Source: Naegleria gruberi
Taxonomy: Eukaryota
NCBI GenBank assembly: GCA_000004985.1
Contig: GG738874.1
Reading direction: 5' to 3' (one strand)
Length of the DNA: 64,000 nucleotides
This document shows positions 20,357 through 30,100 of the stretch, one piece after another. The translations under genes were made by a program, and so were the position numbers. The notes under the pieces are model-generated. The model was not told the DNA's origin. It did no database searches and was given only the letters and a program-made list of their open reading frames with translations. Each line of letters starts with the position of its first letter. Positions within the stretch are counted from its first letter, which is position 1.

Positions 20357-22481
20357 TTATTCATAGATAAAGAGACCCTTATCTAAACCACATGAAGCAA
20401 TTTGAGAACCATCAATATTCCAAGTAACACCTGTAATAGAACTGGAATGGCCATTCACAACTAGAACAGCTGATCCCATAGCCTTTGTTGTTTGAGGAGT
20501 CAAAGACCAAATGAATAATTTACCATTGGTGCCTCCAGCGGCACAATATTCACCACAAGGAGAGAAGCATGCCTTATTGTAAGCAATGGTATTCTTATAG
20601 TCAGTATGTTTCAAGGTATCGAGAACCTTTTGAGTCATTCTCAAATCATAAATGTTGAGCAAGTTGTCCTTACCATTACTCAACAATTTAGTGCCGTCCT
20701 TTGAGAAACTGACACTGGTAACTTGTTGGCCATCGTGAGCTCTCTCAATTTCAGAAATGAGTTTAAATGACTTCATATCCCACAATCTAACAGCTGAATC
20801 AAAGTGAGCACTAGCAATAGTGTCACCTCTGGAAACTTCTACATCATTGACACTGGACTTGCAAGTCAACAAGGTCTTTTCACAGGTACCATATTGGAGT
20901 TCCCAGAATTTGATAGTTCTGTCGTGAGCTCCAGTAACAACCTTCTTAGAGTCTGGTGAAAAGTCAGCTCCGTAAATCTTTTTAGTGTGACCAGTGAGTG
21001 TGTGTCTTACACGATCATTTCCCAAATTCCAAATTCTACAAATTGAATCAGCACAAGCACCAAGAGCCAATTGACCAACACTGCTAAATTTCACCTTGAT
21101 TACACTGTCAGTAGATCCGTGAAGGGTAGTTGTGAAATTTCCTGATTTGGAATTGAAAATTCTAATAGTCTTATCACTACAAGCAATAGCGACACTGTGA
21201 GTATCCTCTGAAAAGTCAATACTATTAATTTGAGTATCAATAATTTGTTTACAGACAACTGTCTTTGGAGGAGTGATCAATATCTTTTCAGCATTATTAG
21301 TGGTTGTTGAAGGAGTATTGATGTTCATCGAAGTTGGTAAACCTGCTTGACCTCCTTGTTGTTGAGAAGATCCAACATTTCTAATCTTATCAAAGAATGA
21401 GAAGAATCCAGAGTCTCTTCTATCCTTTGGTGGAAGGTTATCTTCTGGACCTGGTGGTGTGGAAACTGAACCAGCAGAACCAGTAGTTCCATCCACTGAA
21501 GTATCCAAATTTCCAGTCTTGTATTTTGCTTGCAATGTTTGAAGTTGTTGTTTTTGTTGCATGACAGTCTTGTACAATTCATTGACTTGATTCATAGAGT
21601 CAACTTGTTTTTGCTTTTGTTCCACAACGTGATTGACCATCTTTTTGTTTTCTTCAGTTAATTCCTCAAGTTTTTTATCCTTTTCTCTCAATTCATTGAG
21701 AATGGTATCTCTTTCATTTCTCAATACTTCAATGCCACTTTCCTTCTTTTGAAGTCTTTCTTCCAACAATCTACTATTTTCTCTAGCAGTTTCCAATTCA
21801 ATCATTAATTTTTCATATCTAAAATTTCACAAATTTGAAACGAATTATGTTGGTAAGAATTTGATAGCTCTTAGAAATGATACATACTGAATCTTTTGAT
21901 CTTGTTCTTGATTCTTCAATCTCTTGACTTCATTATTCAAATCAAGAATAGTTTGAGATGATTCAACCTTTGCTCTAAAAGCTGATGTCAACTCTTCTTG
22001 AAGGCAATACACCTTTTCTTCCAATTCCTTGACTCTTGCAGAGGATACACCACTTGATCCTGGTGATGATGGCACAGACATTGATGTTGGTGCTCCAGAC
22101 TTTAACTTGGATAATTCTTCCTTGTAAATATCATTTTCGGCTTGAATGGAAGTTAATTTCTCCTTTGTTGTTTGATGTAATTTTCTGGTTTTTCTCAATT
22201 CTGTACAAATACTTTCATCTGTGTTGGAAATGATTATTGTTATGATTTAGAAAATAATTGTTTTTGTTGATCGTGATCAGAGGAATGAAGAGATGATGAA
22301 AGATCAAAATTATTTAAAAATAGTAAAAAATTGATCGGAATACTATGAATTACTAGTTTAGTGACAAAAACTCACATTGTTGAATCAAATTACTAAATTG
22401 TTTACTCTCCTCTTGGTTCCTCTTCTCCAGAACGGCAGAGAAGTTTGTCTTCCAACATGGTGAGGTTGTGAGTGCGCTCAT
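20357..22481 (-). CDS. ATG16: ATG16 (autophagy E3-like complex subunit): N-terminal ATG5-binding region, coiled coil, 7 WD40 repeats. 3 exons: 22481..22376, 22218..21888, 21818..20357. Introns 22375..22219 (gtgagt...acacag, 157 nt) and 21887..21819 (gtatgt...ttttag, 69 nt).
   Basis: Exon 1 MSALTTSPCWKTNFSAVLEKRNQEESKQFSNLIQQ aligns to human ATG16L1 [43 protein letters not shown] matches DLNNQMQRKDREMQ. WD region RVRHTLTGHTKKIYGADFSPDSKKVVTGAHDRTIKFWEL / HFDSAVRLWDM aligns to ATG16L1 RLRHTLTGHSGKVLSAKF...SGSHDRTLKLWDL / HFDKKIRFWDI. Splice phases 1 and 2 are consistent. Confidence 0.85.
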
Positions 22482-22664
22482 TTTTATTTTAATTGTTATT
22501 AGAACGTGATAGGAAGACCTTCGTAATCAATCTTGATTGGAGGTTACCAGAATGTGATCGAACAAGGAAAAGCATAAGCTCAAGGTTTACTATTTGTAAT
22601 ATCAATATTAAAAATAAGAATGAACAGTGGTACTTTTTGAATATATTTTATGGTTTATGAAAAT

Positions 22665-23042
22665 TTATTGCATGGTAACAGCGAAACGTCTAACTGGGAA
22701 GTTGGCTTCCTTCTTTTGGGTCTTCAACAACTTCTTCTTCAATTGATAAGTCTTGAGGGATCTTCTGAAGGCACGGGTTTGCTTAACTCTCAAATCCTTT
22801 GGCTTGAACTTGGACTTTTCATAGACCTTCTTCAATTCATCTCTTTGCTTACTGACGATAACAGTCTTAATTCTAGCAATATTCTTTCTGACGACCTTGA
22901 TGTTCAAGAGGTTGGCAGTGGAAGCACCAGTGACCTTTTGGACTCTCAATTGGAAGAGTTCTTGCTTCATAGCATCCAATTGCTTCTTGAGGTCTTCGTT
23001 GGACTTATCTCTCAATTCGAAAGCTTTGACTTTTTGGACCAT
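22665..23042 (-). CDS. RPL35: 60S ribosomal protein L35 (uL29)
   Basis: ORF 22665..23042 with ATG. MVQKVKAFELRDKSNEDLKKQLDAMKQELFQLRVQKVTGASTANLLNIKVVRKNIARIKTVI aligns along its length to eukaryotic RPL35. Confidence 0.9.
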   Translation of the reverse strand: MVQKVKAFELRDKSNEDLKKQLDAMKQELFQLRVQKVTGASTANLLNIKVVRKNIARIKTVIVSKQRDELKKVYEKSKFKPKDLRVKQTRAFRRSLKTYQLKKKLLKTQKKEANFPVRRFAVTMQ

Positions 23043-23783
23043 TGTCTATTGATGTTGTTATTATTATGATGAGTTGTGGTGAATAAAAGAATTATATTTG
23101 TTCAGCAAAATTAACGACAAGGTGATACCTACGATTTTCTGATTTTTTTTTTCAACAAAGTTTTAAAAATTTCTGGATGACTTTGAGGTGGTGTAGTTTA
23201 CAATGAAAAAATACTCGTTAAAAATTAAAGCAAGCAAAAAAACAACATTGGCTTCAAAGACAAGAATGGCTTGATAATTATTGCTGCACCAATATTGAGA
23301 ACCATAGCAGTATTGCTTCTTTCTCTTTAATGATTTGGAAACATTATTTTTATGAACTGTGTGATTGTGATTAATACCTTGGATTTTTTAAATTATTGTT
23401 ATATCCATTCCGATTTAGCAAATCGTCAATAGCTAAATAGTAGTAATATCATCATTGATAACATCCTTCTTCTCCTCCTCTGCTCACAACAAGTATCACA
23501 GATGAACAAGAACAACAAATATTAATAAAACCATCAATAACAAATTTCTTTAACAATTCCTTTCTACTCTCTTCTCAACGATCATTCTCCAATTCAACAG
23601 TTTCCTCCTTCTCTCCAATCGAAGAGAAATAATAAAAATCATTCACTTCTTGTCCACGTTGTTGCTGAAAAAGCACTTGCTTCCAACTAAATCCTCCAAT
23701 TGCGCCCGAATCGGAAGAGAGAATTAACCAATGTCCTGCTTCTCTTAGCAGTTACAAACGCATAAGAACAATCATTCAAAAAA

Positions 23784-25474
23784 ATGCCCTCAAATATTCT
23801 TGGTGTACCAACGAGTGGTATGCTTCCATCATCATCTTCTGCAAATAATAAACAGAAAAAGATAAAGGATTATCAAGGAAGAATTTATATATTTACACAA
23901 AAAGAATTGGGTAATGATACTGATTATTTAAAAATTAAGGAAATTGTTGAACAAAGTGGAGGTGATGTATCTGAGATTAAAGTTGAAGGAAAACCATACT
24001 TGATCGCTTTGATGAAGAAAATTGTTGGAGATTTGAAACCACCACACGTTTTTTTCAATGATGAATATATTGGAGTATGTTTTTAATTTATTTTGGAGTG
24101 AATAATTGAACAAATTAATTTCCGATCGTGTTCGTTAATATCGGCATTCCATCCCATTATTTCTTTTATTAAGGGCTTGGAAGAGATCAAAAATTTAAAG
24201 GAAAGTGGGTTATTAACAGTCAAGATTCAAACATGTAAGAATGCTCTCACTCCAGGAGAATTGTACAAAGTCTACAGAAAACAAGGTGATTTATTTGTCA
24301 TTTCACCAAATCACTTGTATTTCCCTCGTAAGTAGTTTAACAATTTAACATGCATGATAATAACATGATGAATATAGCTCCTTCAAAGAGATTGATTACT
24401 TGTTGCATTACACTCTACAATAGAACAGACAAATATACGGCCTATAAATTAAAAACAACATGCCCTAACAGATATATTGTAAAACCAAAGAAGGGTATTG
24501 CTCCACCCAATGGAACAGCTCAAGTTGAAATTACCATGCAAAAACCAGTTACAACTGATGAGAAGGGAGATAAATTTAGAGTGGAATCACTGGCACTTCA
24601 ATACTACAAACCAGAAATGGAGGATCAAGTTGATGAATTGTTCAAAGAAGCTGAAGAACGAAGAGTTGTCAAACAAAAGATTTCTTGTCGTTTTGAGGCT
24701 CCTCCAACAGGATTCACAGTAAGCAATAATGAAGATGGATCAATTACTGTAAAGAAATCTCAATCATCTGTTGATATTTTTGATGGTTTTCCAATTGATC
24801 AATTTTCTCAAGCTGTCAAGAAACAAATTGAGATTAATAATTCCAAACACAAGCCTCAATTTAATATTCCTGTATCAACAGAAGCCAAGCTAGAGACAGT
24901 TGTTTCTGCTACCTCACCACTCTCTGAACTCATTTTTGAATCTCCAAGAAACTTTGAACTTCCAAAACAATATTACGAAACCCCTACTGAAACCGAAAAG
25001 AGCCCTGTAACAACACAATCACCAACTATTGTCAAATCTACTTCCAATGATTTGGCCTCTCCTATCGCTGATGAAGAATCAAACAAATTGGAAAAGTTAA
25101 AGAGTAGTTCTGAAAAAATTGTACAACAAAAGACACAACAAAAAGCTGAAACATCAAAAGGACTGGAGGAATTGTACAAGGAAGAATATAATCGATTGGA
25201 AAAGGAATATGATCAAATTATTAACAAGTTAAAAACCTCAGAGCAAAGAGTGAAGGAATGCGAGCTCACCATTGATAGTCTCAATGAAAGATTGAGAGAA
25301 AGTGAACAAAATTTAGAAAAGGAAAGAGCTAAGAAGAGAGTTGATGTCTCTGTATTGGAATCATCCCTTGGAAATCGTTCAACCTTAGAATTTGATGAAA
25401 AGAATGGCTACTCACTCATAGGAATAATTGCAGTAGCTCTAATTTGCCTCTTGATTGGTAAATTAATGCCTTAA
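23784..25474 (+). CDS. VAP (VAMP-associated protein; MSP domain + coiled coil + C-terminal TM anchor) with an N-terminal Cys-less glutaredoxin/SH3BGR-like thioredoxin-fold domain. 3 exons: 23784..24074, 24174..24327, 24378..25474. Introns 24075..24173 (gtatgt...attaag, 99 nt) and 24328..24377 (gtaagt...atatag, 50 nt).
   Basis: Exon 1-2: RIYIFTQKELGND...KPPHVFFNDEYIG|GLEEIKNLKESGLL is a Grx/SH3BGR-like C-terminal PxxF(I)NGxxIGG block with no CxxC. Exon 2 end DLFVISPNHLYFP and exon 3 PPSKRLITCCITLYNRTDKYTAYKLKTTCPNRYIVKPKKGIAPPNGTAQVEI align to VAP-A [53 protein letters not shown]. C-terminal coiled coil and IGIIAVALICLLIGKL TM. Alternative: the Grx-like ORF ends at TAG 24333 if intron 2 is retained, with VAP using an unseen upstream exon. 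Confidence 0.65.
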
Positions 25475-25672
25475 TTTTTGTAATTTTACCAATTACAATG
25501 TCTAATGTGTACATTAAACGAGTAAATTTTGTTGTAAATCATTGAATTCAAAAATAATATTTGTGTTTACTGTCAAGTTGTAAGATTTGAAAATTGAATC
25601 ACTTCAAATTGTGCTCACTCTTGCTCTCATATTGTTGTTACTTAAATATTTACAAATTATCATAATGATGAT

Positions 25673-26555
25673 TTAGAATCCACAACATCCATGTTCAGAA
25701 CTCTTCTTTTCTTCATCCAAGGTAGTGACACCAGGAGTGTTGCTCTTCTTTCCTAATGTTTGGTGTTTGATACATGTTTCAATCAATTTTCGGAATGCAA
25801 CATGAATATTATAGTCATTCTTAGCTGATGTTTCAAAGAATGGAATTCCCAATTGATTTGCTAAACTTTCACCTTCAGCTGTTGAAACAACTCTGTCCTT
25901 TTCCATATCTGCCTTATTACCACACAAAACAATGCAAATACCTTCTTGTGTGTTTTGCTTTACTTCCTCATACCAACTCTTAACATGTTCAAATGATTCA
26001 CGATTTGTCACATCAAACACTATTAAAATTCCTTGTGCACCCTTGTAATAACCTGTGATAAGTTGAGGTTCAATTAGGTCATGTACAATATGAAACTTAC
26101 CTGCAGTAATACTACGGAATCTCTCTTGACCAGCTATTTAGATTGATGATAATAAAACGTTATTCAATTATCTAATGACTTTTTCATTAATCTTACTGTT
26201 CAAATTATTTAATATTCCGAATATAATTTTGAATATTACATACCCTGTATCCCAAATTTGAATTTTAGCTTTGTAATTTCCAACACTCTCCTTTTTTAAT
26301 TTAAAATCAACTCCAATACTATTACGATAATTGTGATCGCTATTTAAATTTCTTCGGTTTGAAATCAAACTTACGTTGCCATATGATTCTAATTTTAATC
26401 ATCAAGTATTATTTTCCAATTCATTAACGATGAAAAACACCTACCTCTAGAAATCTATCATCAGAATATCTTAAAAGCATACAACTTTTTCCTACCGATG
26501 AGTCTCCAACCACCAATAATTTACAAATGAGATTATAGTCAACATCATTCAACAT
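25673..26555 (-). CDS. Rab-family small GTPase (Rab1/Rab8-like), 5 exons: 26555..26445, 26388..26375 (14-nt micro-exon), 26339..26245, 26133..26101, 26052..25673
   Basis: Exon 1 MLNDVDYNLICKLLVVGDSSVGKSCMLLRYSDDRFLE (P-loop GDSxVGKS), donor gag|gtaggt. Micro-exon AATCATATGGCAAC is flanked by ag| and |gtaagt. Exon 3 DHNYRNSIGVDFKLKKESVGNYKAKIQIWDT (switch I TIGVDF). Exon 4 AGQERFRSITAG (switch II WDTAGQE). Exon 5 YYKGAQGILIVFDVTNRESFEHVKSWYEEVKQN...GNKADMEKDRVV...ETSAKNDYNI...GCCGF (NKxD, SAK, CCxx prenylation). The exon-3 donor is non-canonical as read (see findings). The micro-exon is inferred from frame only. Confidence 0.75.
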
Positions 26556-26952
26556 TTTAATTCTTTTTAAATTGAAAAATATACAATGAAAACTTCGGAA
26601 TGTTTTTCCAACAACTATTATTAGCTGATGATATAAAATTACAGAATACCAAGATGAGAAGTAGTATAAATATTGAAAAAGACTTTGCAATGATGATGAA
26701 ACTCTCTTCAGCACGTTTGATACTCCTTTATCCAGATATTTTTTGTGGTTATTATTTTGTGCTTTTTGCTGTTGTTGGATTAAGAGAAGGAGTCGGCTTG
26801 ACAGTTCTAATTGGAAATGATAAATTAGATTCGAATTGGAGAGGACGTGTGAGAAAAGTTAGACATAAACTACATAAAACAGTAAAGAAAAAAAAAAAAA
26901 AATCGATTAATTGATTAAGGAGATATTAAGTCAAAGTTCATAATGAATGAAA

Positions 26953-27026
26953 GCAGCGATAGATCAGTTGGTTAGATCGTAAGCCTAACACGCTTAAGGT
27001 CGCGGGTTCAAGCCCCGCTCGCTGTA
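26953..27026 (+). tRNA. trnV-AAC: tRNA-Val (anticodon AAC, expected A34-to-I)
   Basis: Hand fold. Acceptor GCAGCGA/TCGCTGT (G1-U72 wobble). D-arm GATC-AGTTGGTTA-GATC. Anticodon loop CT-AAC-AC (CCTAACACGC as in eukaryotic Val-AAC). T-arm GCGGG-TTCAAGC-CCCGC. Discriminator A. Confidence 0.8.
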
Positions 27027-27144
27027 TCCTTTTGCTCAAATTCTTGTTTGGTTAAATTGCAATAATATTTTGACAGTACCAGTGTGTAAACAACAGGTAC
27101 GTAGATTTTGAATTTGAATGAGGTACCGTTTTCACTTAGAATAT

Positions 27145-30100
27145 TTATTTCTTTTCAGATTCATCTATTACAGAATTTTCATAATAATTCTTGAGTTCTT
27201 GCTGTTCTTGTTCAACAAGCTTGTTAGAACTCGAAGGAGTATGATAGGAAACTTCTAGATCACATCCAAGTGGATTTTCATGATGTTTCTCCTTCAATAA
27301 ATAGGTTTGAGAAAGTCCTTTTCCTTTCACTTCAACCATTCTCTCTTCAAACTCAAATAAATCATAAACTCTTCCATAGGTAGATCTGGAAATTTGAATT
27401 CTTCCTGGAAGTGAAGTTGATTCCATTCGAGAGGCAGTATTGATTGTATCTCCCCACAAATCGTAGGCAAACTTTTTAAATCCAATCACTCCACCAACTG
27501 CATCTCCTGTGTGAAGACCAATTCTCAAATTAATGGCTGTGTTATTACTCTGATTGATATTTTTCAAGAAGGACATGATTTCAATGGCAAATCTCAACAT
27601 TCTTTCTGGATGATCCGATGACTTGCTTGAATGTAAACCACTCACACAGAAATAAGCATCTCCAATGGTCTTAATCTTGTCAACCAAGTGAACTTCTGTC
27701 AACTTGTCAAATCCTTGAACAATTAAATTCAATATTTGTACCAACTCACTTGGTTGTAATTTTGAACTCCAAGCTGTAAAGCCAACCATGTCACTGAAAA
27801 ATACAGTGATATCATTCACTTTTTCATATAAATTCTCTTCTCCATTTTTCAATCTTGAAGCCATTGACATTGGCAATATATTCAATAATAAATCTTCACT
27901 CTTCTTCTTTTCCTCTGCAATCAAAATACTCTGTTTCTTTTCAGGTGTAATATCTCGAACAAAAACAATCAAAATTTGCTTCTTTTCATGAATTGAAATT
28001 GAAACTGAAACTTTTGAGGAGAATGAAGTCTTGTTCTTTCTCAGAGCCATTGCTTCAAATGCATCATGACTTTCACCTGTTGAAATTAATTTGGTTATTC
28101 TTTGAGAATACTCATCTGTGAATAGAGATTGAATGGAGAGTCCCAAAACTTGTGACCTCGAATGTCCAAACATTTCCTCAGCTGAATTGTTGAAAATGGT
28201 GATATTTCCATCCTTATCACAAATAATGGCAGAATCAACACCTCCATTCAAAATAGTCTTGACCATTTCAATCTTGTCTTCCTTTTCATCGGAACTCATC
28301 TCAAATTTGGACATTAACTTTGTTATCTTTGAGGATGAAGGAATAGAATTACTCATGACATAATCTTTCAAAATCAAATTATTGTCAATCAATTCCAAAT
28401 TTACATAATTCAACATCATTCTCAAACATGCTCTTTCCTTCCAATATCTTTTCAATGAAGAGTAACAAATCAATGCGTATAAAAGTGTGGCAACAAAGCA
28501 CAACACAATCATGCTAGCTGTTAGGCCAATACTTGAAATCTTCTCGTGTTCTACAAGGGTGGATATAAGAAGTTGTAAATTGGTAGTTATTGTTTGTGTT
28601 ATGTAAAAAATGTCTGTAAAATAAGCAGTCACCATTTGTGTCATACTCTTTTGTTGCCCAAAGAATACTTCGTTGTAATCTAAAGACTTGGTAATATAAT
28701 CCGTCAGTGCAATGGTCAAACTATGACAAGGATCTTCCATAGGAATGGTATCGTTACAAAAGTCTCCTAATATATAGTCTACATCTTGATATTTTCCAAC
28801 AACGGCTGATTGATAGGATGTTGATTCATCACCCACAATCACATAATTCCAGTAAGTTCTCAAGTCAAGTAAATCTTGCTTATTTTCCTCATTGAATATC
28901 AAAGGCAAAGTAGTGAGGTACTTTACTCTTTGAAAGTACCAAAGTAACCTAAAGTTGGTTCTACTTGTTCTTAGGGAAACTGCATTGATTGAACCAACAA
29001 CATTCATAGATTGGGAACTATTTTTGGTATTTGATTGTAGCTCTACAACAACCAAGACGGAACATAGGCAAACAATTATGACGAGTACAAAACTTCCCAT
29101 CATTACTAAATTTCTCATTTTAAAAAAGGAATTAGACGAGCTTATTGAGTCATCAATTTTCTTGTCAAAATTGTGATAAACCTTTCCGACTTCGTCTTTT
29201 GCAATCCTTCTGAATACCTCCCTTAGCTCAGTGACTATTCGTCTGGCATGCACAAAGATAATGGAAAAGTAAATCATTACAATTAGTAGATACGTGGTTA
29301 GAACAGAAATCACAGTAATCCATAATTGCTCAAAATTAGCTTCCAAAACATCAATACTTTCTTCAACAAATTTTGAACACAGACCATTAAAAGCTAGAGA
29401 CATGGATATTCTATTGTAAAATAGAAATAGGTATGGATAATTATCATCTAAATGGGATGTTAACACCTCAATATTATTAAATTGCTTCAACAACGTTTTA
29501 CCGTGTGTTAATATTGAAGACAAGTAGAATTGAATAGATGTATTGGTAGACTTATATCCTGGAATATCGCTTGTTCCGTCCAGTGATTCATTAGCAATAG
29601 GAAGTTTAAGATCATACTGATTTTTCAAATATTCCTTAGCAACTTCAGGCATTAACAAATTATTATCGCCTGCATAGATGACAGTACCAACTGTATCTAA
29701 CAATGTCTTTGTGTATATAATTGTAGAGTTGAGTAATTTTTCAGTATTGTTTCCTCTTGAATAGAACTCGGTTTGAAGAGCTCCTATTTGTGCCAATAAC
29801 TTGTAAGGCACAGATGTCATTAAGCATACTTTCTCTTGCATGGACATTCTTTGGTTAATACTCTGAGAAAATGAAAAGGCTATTGGAGCAACAATACATA
29901 TAGTAGACAATGAGACAACACAAAAAATGAAAAACAATACAGAATACACAACCGTTGACATTGGTGTGTTAATGGCTGTGCGCAAGATATGATCTTTTCT
30001 ATCTTCATTATCCTCGGCAGTTACACTTACAGAATCCCAATTTTCCAAGTTGGCTCTTTGTGAGTCTATACTGAATCTAGAGGTAGTTCCTTTGTGAAAT

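Noticed and set aside
22650-23069. Plus-strand 139-aa L-rich ORF
   Set aside because: Antisense of the clearly conserved RPL35 gene.
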